A stretch of 64,000 bases of DNA from Eledone cirrhosa (GCA_964016885.1 OZ024742.1:161634001-161698000); one strand, 5' to 3'; counted from the first letter of the stretch, positions 27,270 to 40,385 are shown. The notes: generated from the sequence alone by a model not told the origin. A program made the numbers and translations.

Positions 27270-27305
27270 GAACGGCTGCGTGTTCGTATCACGTCGGGAT
27301 CACCA
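27270..27305 (+). other. tRNA-Trp 3'-part sequence (extended PBS on minus strand); further copies at 27767-27802(+) and 28331-28366(-)
   Basis: GGCTGCGTGTTCGTATCACGTCGGGATCACCA versus metazoan tRNA-Trp GGCTGCGTGTTCGAATCACGTCGGGGTCA plus CCA. Confidence 0.8.
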
Positions 27306-27406
27306 ATATAGCGAAAATACTGGGTTGTATGAATGTAACAACATTCTCGCCAACTTGCTACATATTTCATTCGATTTTTATATTCTAAAATTCTGGCGGG
27401 AGGTTA

Positions 27407-27747
27407 TGTAGCAGTGGCCTCCCTTGTTGTGACTCACAACCCCAATAGATTAACAACATCTAGACGGGAAGTAGAACCCTTTCTGTAACTTCCGGTCAGA
27501 ACCCTATAAAACTAACAACTTTAAGTTCTCTGCCTCTCATTTGCCCTTCCGGCGCCTGGCCTTCGCCAGGCGTCTCGCGTTTGCCTGGCAATCAAAACGG
27601 TAACTACTAACTTTGCTTCATTCTATCATCTATTACTTTGACATGGCAACTATACTGTTCTATATATATCCATGATTGTTAATTAAATATTATACACACA
27701 AACCATGTCTCCTTGTTACATTCATACAACCCAGTATCCCCGCTATA
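27407..27747 (+). repeat. Internal inverted LTR copy (341 bp) followed by 18-nt PBS at 27749-27766
   Basis: Reverse complement of 28386-28726. TATA-like CCCTATAAAA and a GCCTGGC-CTTC-GCCAGGC hairpin. Confidence 0.9.
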
Positions 27748-27803
27748 TTGGTGACCCCGACGTGATGAACGGCTGCGTGTTCGTATCACGTCAGGGTTAC
27801 CAA

Positions 27804-28329
27804 TATAGCGAAGATACTGGGTTGTATGAATGTAACAAGGAGACATGGTTTGTGTGTATAATATTTAATCAACAATTTAACAGTATAGTTGACATGTCAA
27901 TGAATAAACGAAAGAATGAAGCAAAGTTAGTAGTTACCGTTTTGATTGCCAGGCAAACGCGAGACGCCTGGCGAAGGCCAGGCGCCGGAAGGGCAAGTGA
28001 GAGGGAGAGAGCCGAAGGCTATTCGTTTTATAGGGCTCTGCCGGAAGTTACAGAAAGGGTTCTACTTCCCGTCTAGATGTTGTTAATCTATTGGGGTTGT
28101 GAGTCACAACAAGGGAGGCCACTGCTTCCCTCTCACTTGCCCTTCCGGCGCCTGGCCTTCGCCAGGCGTCTCGCGTTTGCCTGGCAATCAAAACGGCAAC
28201 TACTAACTTTGCTTCATTCTTTCGTTTATTCATTGACATGTCAACTATACTGTTAAATTGTTGATTAAATATTATACACACAAACCATGTCTCCTTGTTA
28301 CATTCATACAACCCAGTATCTTCGCTATA
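27804..28329. repeat. Two subtype-2 LTR copies: 27804-28126(-) and 5'-truncated 28127-28329(+)
   Basis: Both share diagnostic indels (caatttaacagtatagttgacatgtcaatgaataaacg) absent from the other three LTRs. Confidence 0.85.
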
Positions 28330-29744
28330 TTGGTAACTCTGACGTGATACGAACACGCAGCCGTTCATCACGTCGGGGTCGCCAATATAGCGGGGATACT
28401 GGGTTGTATGAATGTAACAAGGAGACATGGTTTGTGTGTATAATATTTAATTAACAATCATGGATATATATAGAACAGTATAGTTGCCATGTCAAAGTAA
28501 TAGATGATAGAATGAAGCAAAGTTAGTAGTTACCGTTTTGATTGCCAGGCAAACGCGAGACGCCTGGCGAAGGCCAGGCGCCGGAAGGGCAAATGAGAGG
28601 CAGAGAACTTAAAGTTGTTAGTTTTATAGGGTTCTGACCGGAAGTTACAGAAAGGGTTCTACTTCCCGTCTAGATGTTGTTAATCTATTGGGGTTGTGAG
28701 TCACAACAAGGGAGGCCACTGCTACATACTATTTAATCTTATATATTTGTTATATGATAATTGCGAATTCTTAGTTGTGGAAATGACATCAAGTATAAAA
28801 TGTATGATATTATCGAAAGTATTCAATTTACACTTGAATTTGCTCATGACTTATACTTTTATTTCAAATATTTTACTACTCACATTTACTCTGTATCCTT
28901 TACTCCTAAACACTTCACATATGTTTACACGATTACTTATCTAATACTACAAGCCTCGCACTCATAACCAAATAAATATATTAACCGATTTTCCCCACCA
29001 CAGCATACACAACTTAGTTACAAATCATTTTTTATATCGTGATGTCGCCAGGATAACGTCAAATAGATGACACAGAGTTAACTGAACTCATGAACAACTT
29101 AAAAAGATATCTAGCTAATGTACCACCACTAACCCTAACAAGAAAAAAAAATCCCATTAATTGAAACAGCGCAACATAAAAGTACGAAAATACAAACATT
29201 ATTGTTTTATCGGTAGAGGGTCGGACTCCATGCTTTGACGTATAGAGTTACGGCCATTGCCATTCTGAGTTCAAATCCCGCCGAGGTTAACTTTGCCTTT
29301 CATCCTTACGGGGTCGATAAAATAAAGTACCAGTAATGCACTGAGTAATTATTGTTTTATTACCAGTGGTAGCGGGGGAGGGCTGGCATAGGGAATGGTC
29401 AGATGAGCATGACAATAAATAAACCCATCAGACAAGATAAGGTCGAAATGCCTGGACTGCTGATAAAACAAGAACGAACTGAGAACTACCACATTCTAAA
29501 CCCACCCACTACCATACAGAGAGAAATTGAATGACGGCTACCACCACCTATCATATACTGACCGAATTTCGGAATACTAACATCTCATGTCCCATAGTTA
29601 GCATATCATATACTTGATCATATTTATTATTATTCTCCTCTTTCTTATGATGTCGTGGTAGATCTCACATAATCTTTGACTAATGCCTCGGAAATGTACA
29701 TAACAGGCATTATTTAATAAACTAAAGTATGGAAATGTAGAACT

Positions 29745-30070
29745 TAGATATAGGCTTAGTGGTTAGGGGGTTGAATTCACAATTGTGAGTTGTGAGTTCA
29801 ATTCCTGGACCAGGCAATGCGTTGTGTTCTAGAGCAAGACACTTTATTTCATTTTGCTCCAGTTTACTCAGCAGTACAAATGAGTTACGACATAACTGGT
29901 GCCAAGCTTATATTGGCCTTTGCTTTTTCCCTGGACAGCATCGGTAGCATGGATAAGAGTAACTGTTATACATGGGCAAGTATTGGTCTTCCACAAAAAC
30001 ACCTTACCTGGGCTTGTGCCTCAGGGGGGAACTTTTTAGGTGAAAAAGCCATAGTCATTTATGACCAAGG
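29745..30070 (+). mobile_element. tRNA-headed SINE
   Basis: ggcttagtggttag A box, gagttcaattcc B box and gagcaagacacttt core. Confidence 0.65.
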
Positions 30071-31269
30071 AGGTCATTACTTTATATATGTTTTTAAGTG
30101 TTGTATGGATTCTAATAGATTTCTGATATGAGTTTCTTTCAATTATTTTCACATTTTCCATGTTTACATTATTCTGTGTTGCTTTAAAATCAGGTTAACC
30201 TTTTAGCATTAACATTAGTCAATATTTACTATTCTATTTTCACAGTAAAGGCTTTACCTCACATAATTATCTTACATAATATTGAAGCTACAAGATTTTG
30301 ATATTATTCATTTTGAGAACAATACCTTAACATCAGTATGAGTGGCTGGTTACAGTCAGTACGAACAGAAAGAGGTGAGAGAATTTTGGCCAGGTATGGC
30401 CACTGGTAAAGGGTTAATAGTGAATTTATATTAAGTTTTAATGGTCTTTTATTTGGGTATGTAGTTTCAGGCTATCAGAGTTTGTTTATTTGAGTGGTTC
30501 GCTGTAGGTTGTGTATGTATGTGTGTGTGGGCGGGGGGGGGGGGGGGGGGGTATGGTTAAGGAAATGTTTTCAGGTGGTTGCACAAAGTGTGTGGAGCAT
30601 GGCCAGTTATACAATGGGGTCATAGTCACTGCAGATAATGATTATTATAAAGAAACTACATTGTACAATGGCTGGAGCCTGATGACATCTGTCTTCCCCA
30701 TACCAGTGATTGGTGTGGGGCAATGGTTTACTGGGGGTTGAGGACTTAAAATAACATGCATCATTTAGTTCATCTTTGACTGGTATGGTTTGAATGTTGG
30801 GGTTCGAATGTAATTTTATAATATATATTCAGCTGGCTTAGATTTAAATCATCCTCATCATCACCATTTAACGTCCATTTTTCCAAGCCTTGCATGGGTT
30901 AGACAGGTTGTTCACATTATGAGACAAGTCTGGCCAGCCGACCACACCGTACCTTGCTCAAACAGAACTGTATTTTGGTTGGGATTTTACAGCTGGATGC
31001 CCTTCCTAACACCAACCACATTTGCAGATTATGTTACGGTAATTTATTTTATTGACCCTGAAAGAATGAAATGCAAAGTTGACCTCAGCAGGATTTAAAC
31101 TTAGAATGTAAACAACTGTAATAAATACTGCCAGGCATTTCATCTAATTCTCTAATGATTCTATCTTTCAGTGCACTGCCATCATCACCTCTTCTTAGAA
31201 TATAAATATATCACAGATTCCTATACACCCTGTATAACAATGTAGTTGCTGCTCATTGCAAAAACATGG

Positions 31270-31570
31270 CAATGATAATGATGGTGATGATGTTGATGGT
31301 AATGATGTTGGTGATGATGTTGATGAGGTTATTGGTGGTCATGATCTTTATGATGACGTTGGTGGTGGTGGTGGCAGCGGTGGTCATGATGTTGATGATG
31401 GTAGTGATGGTGATGGTGATAATGATTGTGGTGATGAAGGTGATGATGATGATGATTATGATAACAATATTGGATCTTGTTGATGGTAGTGGTGTAGGTG
31501 ATCATGATGATGAAGATGATGATAGTAGTGATGATGATGGTGGTGATGGTGATGATGATGGTGGTGGTAA
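31270..31570. repeat. (GAT/GGT)n low-complexity tract
   Basis: Read directly. Confidence 0.9.
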
Positions 31571-31939
31571 TGGCAGAATATTTTATTTTTGAATAGAATA
31601 TAATTTGATATATTCGTCCATTTTCACGGTAATTTTGTTAATCCTGCCTGTTCTTCCTGCCACTATGGTTGCATAGATTATATGCATCAGCACAGACACA
31701 GCTGTTACTATAGCAACCATAGAGAAGTATCTGGTGATGTATTGTTAACAGAAGCATTAGGCAATCGTGAAGGCTGCTGGCTTTTTTTTTATCCATTGTT
31801 ATTTCATAGCTGGATACCCTTCCAATAGTCAACCACTGTGTATAAAACAAATTATTATTCATTGTTAATATCTGTAAGGAGGTGGAGCTGATGCCACTAT
31901 GAAAAGCACTCAATTTGGCCTGAAATTAAAGTATTAGAT

Positions 31940-32990
31940 GAAATGCCTGGCAGTATTTATTACAGCTGTTTACATTCTAAGTTCAAATCCTGCTGAGGTC
32001 AACTTTGCATTTCATTCTTTCAGGGTCAATAAAATAAATTACCAGTCAAGTATGATATAATTGACTTCTATTTTATAATTGCTGGCCTTGTGCTGAAATT
32101 AGAAACTAATAAAGGTGGTGGATTGGAAGAATCATTAGAGTGTCAGGCAATATACTTTATGGCATTGGGGTTGATAAAATAAAGTAATGGTAATGCACTG
32201 GAGTTAATTTAATTAACTTTCCTCTTCCCTTCAAATTGCTGGCCTTGTGCCAAATGTAGTAACAATTATTATTATTGAGCTAAAGGGCAATGGATTGGCA
32301 GACTGATTAGCACACCAGAGAAAATGTCATTGTGGCATTTGTTATAACTCTTTACATTCTAAGTTCAAATCCTCCTGTAGTCAACTTTGCTTTTCATCTC
32401 TCAGGGGTGGATGTAATAAAGTACCAGTAAAGTACTGGAATCAATATAATTGACTTTCATTGAAATAAGTATCATCAGGTACCAGGTCTGTTTCAGACAT
32501 TTGTGATCATGGCTCTCCAAGTTCTTCCTGTTGTCATTGTTCTAGATGAGGTCGTTCGTTCTCACCCTATTTTCCATGATGTATTTATTCAGGCTGTCTT
32601 TAAATGTTGTTCTTTGTCTTCCTTGTCTCTTCTTTCCAGCAATCTTACCACAAAGAATCAGCTTTACCAAACTGTTTCTTCTACAAGTAGTGGGGTCAAT
32701 ATAATCAACTCCCCCTCCCCTCATATCTAGAATTGCTGGCTTTGTACCTAAATTAGAAACTATTATATGCAGTGAATTGGAAGAACCGGTAGAGCATCGG
32801 AAAACATGTTCCGCAGCATAGATTTACGGCCCTTTATGTTCTGAGTTCAAATCCCACCGAAGTCAGTTTTGCCTTTCATCCTTACAGGGTCAATAAAATA
32901 AAGTACCAGTAACAAAGTGGGGTCAATTTAATTGACTTTCCCCTACCCCAAAATTGCTGGTCTTGTGCCTAAATAAGAAACCATTATTAA
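31940..32990 (+). mobile_element. Cluster of Nin/Deu-domain SINEs with an RTE fragment (32480-32690)
   Basis: Repeated gttcaaatcc...tttcatc...aaagtaccag cores. RTE remnant GKIAGKKRQGRQRTTF on the minus strand. Confidence 0.7.
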
Positions 32991-34299
32991 CTTGGGATAA
33001 TGAAATGTCAGCTGAGAATGTTTTTTTTTCCTCATTAACTAGATGACACAGAATGAAGGTGCAATCTCATTTGACTTGTGAAGAAATGGACAAAGCGATG
33101 TTGAGGATTATGTCAGTGATGACAACAATATGATATCACCATGGTTTCCTGGCTTGCTTTAACGAGACAGTGTCAGCTATTAGCAAATTTAGAAGTTTGA
33201 AGTAAATGTTAAGCAGGGCATATAATGGAATTGGAACAGTACAGCAAGCTGTACAGCTCTATTATAGAGAATATTTTCAATAGGAAAAATTAAGTTTCTT
33301 TTTATTGCAGTTTCTACTACTACTACATGTATATATGTATACATGCATATATATATAAATGTATGTGTTTGTGTGTATGTATGTGCATACGTATACACTA
33401 TGTGTAACCAGTTTAGAATATGTAAACCATATCCCTGCATGTTGTACATATATAATGGCTTACTACATTGATTTTAGTGAATACCTGAAATTGCCTCTGG
33501 TTATACAATACATAGCTGTTTGTTTTTAAATGTTTATCATCATTATCGTTGTTGGCTTATGACTGTTATTCATGTTAGCATGGGCTGTCACAGTCTGAGA
33601 CTAGACATATGTTCGCTTTTGGCATGGTTTCTACAGCTGGATGCCCTTAATGGCAACCACAGAGTGTACTGGATGCATTTTAACATTGTACAAACTCTAC
33701 CACTTTCAGAGTCTACTGTGTGCATTTTATCATGACATAGACACTATCACTTTACAGAGTGTACTGGGTGTATTTTATCATAGTACCAGTGCTACCACTT
33801 TACAAAATACCTTCCATCGTAATTTTATGTAAGAACATTTAAGATATTCTCCAAACACCAGCTTAATACTAAGAAATTTAGTTATATTACTAAATCCCTC
33901 AAATTTCTTGATTATTTTCAAAATCATTTGAAAATCATAAGCAGTATCTATCAATAGAAATATAGTAAAAATGAAATGGGGTTATAATGATATATAATTG
34001 GTAGGGTTGTTAGGCATTAGATAGCATAACTTGTGAGATTTGTTCCAATTCTCTGTGCTTTGAGTTCAAATCTCATTCAGGTCAACTTTGGCTTTCATCA
34101 TTTCAGGAACAATAAAATGAAGTACCATTCCATGGAAGGGAATTATCGGAATTGTTAGCATGTCAGATGAGATGCCTTGTGGTATCTACTCTGGCACTTT
34201 GTATTCTGAATCCAAATTCCATCTAGCCCATAGCCAGGCCCCTAGGCTTTTAGGTATTTTGGAACCCTCTAGCACTTCAGCTATTCATCCCTACTACAG

Positions 34300-34330
<31 letters not shown>

Positions 34331-34921
34331 GACAAGTGCCTAGGTTTCAGTCATGTCAGACTTATGAATAATATAGCCCTTGTGTAAGGATCCAAATGGC
34401 CACTGTTAATCCTCTTACCACAGGACCACAACCAATTGTGAAAGATGCAATGGGTAGAAGATTATAGTCATCTGCTACTGCACTCAAATGATGATGATGG
34501 CAGCAGTGGTGATGATTGTAGTGGTGGTGGTGGTGGTGACAGTTATTCAACTCTTTCATAGCCTTATTTTTAACAGGAGTACATTGCTAATTAATTTTCG
34601 AAATAATCAAGAATTTGAAAGTGTTTAATAAAATAACTTTTATCTATTTATTAGTATATTAATCCTGTGCGACCATGTAGGCTACAGTGGAATTTGAACT
34701 CAGAACACAAAGAACTAGAATATATACTGCAAGGCATCTCATCCAATGCTATAAAAATTCTGCTAATCCACCACATTGGAGTGGTGATTTATTTTATCAA
34801 CTCTGAAAGGATGAAAGATAAAGTTGACCTTATTGAGATTCAACTCAAAATATAAATAGAATAAATAGAGAAATTGATGTTGTATTTGCCACCTCTATAT
34901 AAAAGTAGAAAAATATAGTTT

Positions 34922-35790
34922 ATAATAATAATAATAGTGAAATTATTGTGTACAGTGCTCAGGTGCACTACAGCTCATCAAAGGTGCATAGCACATAGAA
35001 TAATGTACAAATGTCAGGAAAATGAACAGTGTATGAGTCATGATATGTGTGCGTGTGTATGGAGGGGGGATATCAGGTATAGCGTTGGCGAATTTCTGGA
35101 AGCATGGAGGTTTTAAAGGATGCAGTTTCTCGGTAGCTAACTGGTGATGCAGGTAGTTTGTTCCATGCTTCAGCAACTCTGAGCGTGAAAAATGTTTCCG
35201 ATAGTCATGGGAGCTGTACTGTTTTCTGACTTTGTAGGCATGCCCAGATGTGTTAGACACATGGAAATCAAAAAAGTGCTCAGGGTTGTTGTTGGCAACA
35301 TGGTTAATAATTTTAATAATAATAATAATGAAATTATTGTGTAAAGTGCTCAGGTGCACTACAACTCGTCAAAGGTGTATGTATAGTACATAGAATAATA
35401 AACAAATGTCAGGGAAGTACATGTGTATATGTGTTGTGGGTGCTTACCAAGTCAGTTGCCAGACATCGCAACTTCAATGTATCCATGCCCAAGAAAGCAA
35501 GGCATTCAGAGTATGGTTGCACGTCTCTGAACAGTTTCCAGGAGGTCAATGTTCTGAGCAAGATAGGGGTTCCAGACGGGTGATGCAAATTCTAAGAGTG
35601 GCCTCACCATAGCTATATACAGCTTTAAATAGATAGCTGGAGAGCGGCTGACAAAGGTCTTGCTGAATGATGCTAAGACACTCTCAGCCTTCTTGACAAT
35701 TTTAGAGACGTGCTTCATCCAACGCAAATTGCTGCTGACAGTAATGCTCAGGCCACGTTCACAAGAAGACTTCTTGATATTAGTGTTCTA
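34922..35790 (-). mobile_element. CR1-group LINE fragments (two 3' ends)
   Basis: LYIAMVRPLLEFASPVWNPY..LETVQRRAT. 3' end gtagtgcacctgagcactgtacacaataattt followed by (ATT)n. Confidence 0.85.
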
Positions 35791-36029
35791 TAGTTTAGAG
35801 TCTGTTGCTCATCTTGAATTCCTGATGCATCTATAGGGGTGGCATCATGACATATATGTTGGACTTTTAAACCTGGCAGAACCCATCCCTCTCCAAGTTA
35901 GAACAGAGCCCTTTTCTTCCAGAGAAAGAAAGAGTAAGAATGAGGAAGTGAGAAAGAGAGCAAGAGTGAGGAAGTGAGTAAAATGGCTAGAGGAAGAATT
36001 GGCCTCAGTAACTATGCTGGTATACTTCA

Positions 36030-37370
36030 TTGAAAGGATGAAAGGCTAAGCTCACCACAGCAGGACTTGAACTTGGAATGCAAAGAGTCAGAACAAATAA
36101 TGGTTTCTGACTTAGGCACAAGGCCAGCAAATTTTGGGGTAGGGAAAGTCGATTAAATCGACCCCAGTGCATTACTGGTGTTTTATTTTATCGACCCCGT
36201 AAGTATGAAAGGCAAAGCTAACCTTGGCAGGGTTTGAACTCAGAATGTAAAGGGCCGTAACTCTCTGACGCAAAGCATGGTGTCCGGCACTTTACTGATA
36301 CTGCCAATCCATCGCCCTAAGTCAGATCAAATAATTGTTTCTACTTTTGGCACAAGGCCAGCAATTATCCAGTGCATTACTGGTACTTTATTTTATCGAC
36401 CCCGTAAGGATGAAAGGCAAAGTTAACCTCGGCGGGATTTGAACTCAAACCATAAAGGGGCGTAACTCTTTGCTGCAAAGCATAGCGTCAGACCCTCTAC
36501 CGATACTGCCAATCCACCGCCCTAAGTCAGATCAAATAATGCAAAGCATTTTATCAAATGTTCTAATGACTTTGACAATTTACCATATTAAAATTGAAAA
36601 ATGAATTTATTTTCCTTTTATCTCCTATGAATAATAATTTGAAATCAGAATGCAAAAAAATGGAACAAATGTTGTTTCTAATGTAGAAACAATACCCGAA
36701 AATTTAAGGGAAGGGCAACGTTGCTTATATATATATTGTAGTGCACCTGAGCACTATACACAATAATTTCATTATTATTATTATCAATCCCAAGGATGGT
36801 GGATTGGCAATATCAGTAGAGGGTTGGACACCATGCTTTGACGCATAGAGTTATGGCCCTTGCCATTCTGAGTTCAAACCCCGCCAAGGTTATCTTTGCC
36901 TTTCATCCTTACGGGGTCGATAAAATAAAGTACCAGTAATGCATTGGGTAATTGCTGGCCTTGTGCCAAAAGTAGAAACAATTATTATCAATCCCTATAC
37001 TTTATTTTAGTGATCACAGAAGGGTAAAAGGTAAAGTTGACCTTGGCAGGATTTTAACTCAGAATGTACAGAGCCAAAACAAATATCACAATGGAATTTT
37101 ATCTGATGCTTTACTAATTCTACTAATCCACCACCCTTAATGTGATTAATAAAGAGCTGGAAGAAATATTGCAAAGGATTTCATCCATCTCCCTAACAAA
37201 TCTGAGAATTCACACCCTCATAGTTGTTCCTAAGATAGGCACAAGGCTAGTAATTTGGGGGAGAGGAACATCAATTAAATTGACACCAGTATTTGACTGG
37301 TACTTTATTTTATCTATCTCAGAAGGATGAAAAGCAAAAATTGGCCTTGGCAGGATTTGAACTTATAACG
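36030..37370. mobile_element. Cluster of Nin/Deu-domain SINEs in both orientations
   Basis: At least five copies of the tcgaccccgtaaggatgaaaggcaaag core. Confidence 0.75.
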
Positions 37371-38599
37371 TACTAAATCTACAAAAATTTAGTAACTAAA
37401 TCATTGTAACTAAAAACTACAAAGCATGTTGTCCAACACTCCTATGACCCTACCAATTCACTCAGGTAGTAACATGATAAACACAAACATAAATAACTTC
37501 AGCAAGGTGAATACAATCAATGAAAGTTAAATGTCTTAGATACAAATATAAGATATGAACTGCTTGTATTTTGATTGGTTATCTGATACTCCAATGTAGG
37601 TGGCCATCTGTAGTTTCTTATGATTTCCAGGGTGAGATGAACATGGTTATAAGGGAATCTTAGGTATCATTTAATATGATAAATGTCAAGTTTATAAAGT
37701 TCCCCTGCACAATGTTTATAAATAGTAAAATGCTTACACCCCATCCCTCTACAAGAAAATGTGAGATAGACACATAGAAAGAGTACAGAAGTATATTTAG
37801 TAGTACATCTTGAATACATACCTTCAATATATATATATATATATATATATGATAGTCTTGCGGGATTTTTTTAAAACTATCATATAATAGACATCACACC
37901 ACTCGGCTTGTTTTCCTCTAGTCTCCCTTTTTACCTTTTCTACGTCCCACTGTCCTTTTTTGTCTGAACTACAGTCCTTATCATTCCCTTCTGTTTTACT
38001 ATTTCTCTTCTTTCTATATTTTTTTCTCCTTTGGTTAAGTCTTAGCACACTCTATATTTGTGTAATTTGCCCAAAGACATAACTTGTCTCTACCTGTTTT
38101 GTTAGGTCCCAATGTGCACTGGAATAAATGGTATCAACCTTAATATACTGAAACCATAGTGATTTCCAGAAGTTGACTGAAGAAATGAGCCTGCCCATTG
38201 ATTTTTCCATTGTCTTTGTCCTATGTGCCCCCTATTTTGAATATATATATATATAACCCTTACTAGCATGAAAAATGGATGTTAAATGATGATGATAATG
38301 ATGATATATATATATTTGTATTTTGTGCTCATAATTTGGCATTAATTGGATCGCCTTCCTATCACTAGCACCACTTTACAGCATGGACTGGGTGCTTTTA
38401 TTCATGCCACAGACACTAGAGAGGTTGTCTTACTGGACTCTGAGGCCCTCATTTATAATTCGAAATTATTATATTTACTAAAATTCTGGTCATATAATTA
38501 TGAATTCATCAAACAGAAATAGTTAAAAAATATATTTAAAGTAAGTGTTAAAAAAACTCGCCCCATTCCTCAATGCATTGTGAGCCTTGTAATAATAAA

Positions 38600-39250
38600 A
38601 ACAGGACTATAATGAACAAGAGCAGGCTGAGGACCGAACCCTGATGTACTTGTATCTGGAATTCCTCACTAAACTCCATTCCTACCCTCACTTTACTGAC
38701 AGCACCTCTGTACAAAGCTTGCACTGTCCTCACAAGCCATTCCTCAACACCTAGTTTCCTTAGGGACCACCAGATGACAGATCGAGGTACCCTATCAAAG
38801 GCCTTCTCTAGGTCAACAAAAGCTGAGTATAGTGGCTTATTCTTCTCTAAGAACCTCTCTTGTAGTTGTCTCACTAAGAAAAGGGCATCTGTTGTACTTT
38901 TCCCAATGTCAATATATGTGAACGACCAAGCATGGATGAGTTCAGAGAGAAACTATGTTTAAGAGGGATAAGTTGTAGTGTGCAGGAGAGAAGACTGCGA
39001 TGGTATGGACATGTGATGCACATGGAGGATGACCGCTGGGTAAAGAAGTGCCAAGAAATGCCAGTAGAAGGAAGACACAGTAGAGGAAGACCACAAAAAA
39101 CATGGGTGAAGGTGGTGAGAGCAGACCTCAGATTGCTGAAGCTTACGGAGGAGATGACAAAGGACCATGACAAGTGGAGAGATGCTGTGCTGAATAGGAC
39201 CTGTCCCACTCTTGCAAATGGAAAAGCGGACGTAAAATGATGATGATGAT
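38600..39250. mobile_element. Rearranged RTE copy: RT piece 38600-38904(-) fused to 3' end 38905-39250(+)
   Basis: FVDLEKAFDRVPR on the minus strand and RRLRWYGHVMHMEDD on the plus strand. Highly similar to 42140-42443 and 41110-41455. Confidence 0.85.
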
Positions 39251-39354
39251 GTATGTAAAAGGTAAACAGAAATAACAACACAATCAGTACAGTATATGGA
39301 AAGGATAATATATATATATATATATATATATATCTAGGGCAGTTAAAACTCCCG

Positions 39355-39404
<50 letters not shown>

Positions 39405-39412
<8 letters not shown>

Positions 39413-39848
39413 ATGCTTTGGGAGGGTCATGTTGACAATAAGAAACACACGCACCAGTTGCTTTCACTTCAATTTATTATAAATTAAATTTATAAATTTA
39501 AGAATTTATAAATTTCCGGTTGGTTGGTTCCACAACCAGACGATTGTTCATATATGTGTTACCCGGATGTAACACATGCGCAAAATAAGCACACAACACA
39601 CACAAAAACAAAATGGCGTAGGACAGAACAAAGGAGAGGCACAAAAAGAAAGAAAAGAATCCCCAGTCACTGAAGAGGTCACAGAATGTGTGACGAAAGA
39701 ACTTTGACAATATATGAACAATTGTCTGGTTGTGGAACCAACCAACCAACCGGAAATTTATAAATTTAATTTATAATAAATTGAAGTGAAAGCAACTGGT
39801 GCGTATGTTTCTTATTGACAACATGACCCTCCCAAAGCATAACAATAT
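39405..39848. mobile_element. Fold-back element with hammerhead motif
   Basis: About 135-bp inverted arms. 39666-39708 reads GTCA-CTGAAGA-G-GTCACA-GAATG-TGTGAC-GAA-AG-AA-CT-T-TGAC. Confidence 0.8.
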
Positions 39849-40028
39849 TGGTTTCAACACACGTTTTCAGATAAAGAATCTTGCTAAACAAATTCAGAAA
39901 CGATATATATATATATATTTATATAAAGTATGTCTCCCTACATGCAAAATGCATATAGGGACACATGTATTATCCAACCGTATGCCAATGTAGTTCTATG
40001 GCAGGTTAATAAATTAACGAGCCAGAAC

Positions 40029-40385
40029 ATATATAATCAAGGTTTAGCAAATAAGAAAAAGTTTTAAAATAAATTTCTTTTTGCAGTACATTGACCTTTC
40101 CGCCCCTGCCTTCTATCTTTACACACGGCACTAGACAAAATTGTTTCTTCATCATACATTCTCATCTCAGGAACAGTTCTGCGTGGCGCCAGTTCGTGAT
40201 TTGAACTCGGGAATTTTATATTCTCCGAGCGAGAAGAACCCTCTGACGAAAGTCATCTTCTCAATAAATTATCCATTTATTTTGAGACTTGAAACCGTAC
40301 GGTAAGGGTAATTACAGAAGGTACAGTGAACTTTTTAAAATTTCTTTTAAAACTTTTTCTTATTTGCTAAACCTTGATTATATAT
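40029..40385. mobile_element. Fold-back element with hammerhead motif
   Basis: About 45-bp inverted ends. 40238-40309 reads ACCCT-CTGACGA-AAGTC...GACTT-GAA-ACCGTACGGT-A-AGGGT (GUA site). Confidence 0.8.

Larger units (their letters stand above)
25672..28726 (-). mobile_element. Composite non-autonomous LTR retrotransposon (Gypsy-type, tRNA-Trp primed)
   Basis: Outer LTRs 28386-28726 and 25672-25995 (TGTAGC...GCTATA). TSD TACT at 25668-25671 and 28727-28730. PBS TGG(T/C)GACCCCGACGTGAT and PPT-like GGCGGGAGGTTA. No gag/pol. Confidence 0.88.

Noticed and set aside
27270-27305. tRNA-Trp gene
   Set aside because: Only the 3' part is present, with encoded CCA and no D or anticodon arm, and it is attached to LTR ends.
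27705-28428. Twin 123/126-aa ORFs as duplicated genes
   Set aside because: They are mirror products of the LTR palindrome and have no recognisable domain.
31256-31592. Acidic Asp/Gly-rich protein
   Set aside because: (GAT/GGT)n low complexity with no splice or homology support.
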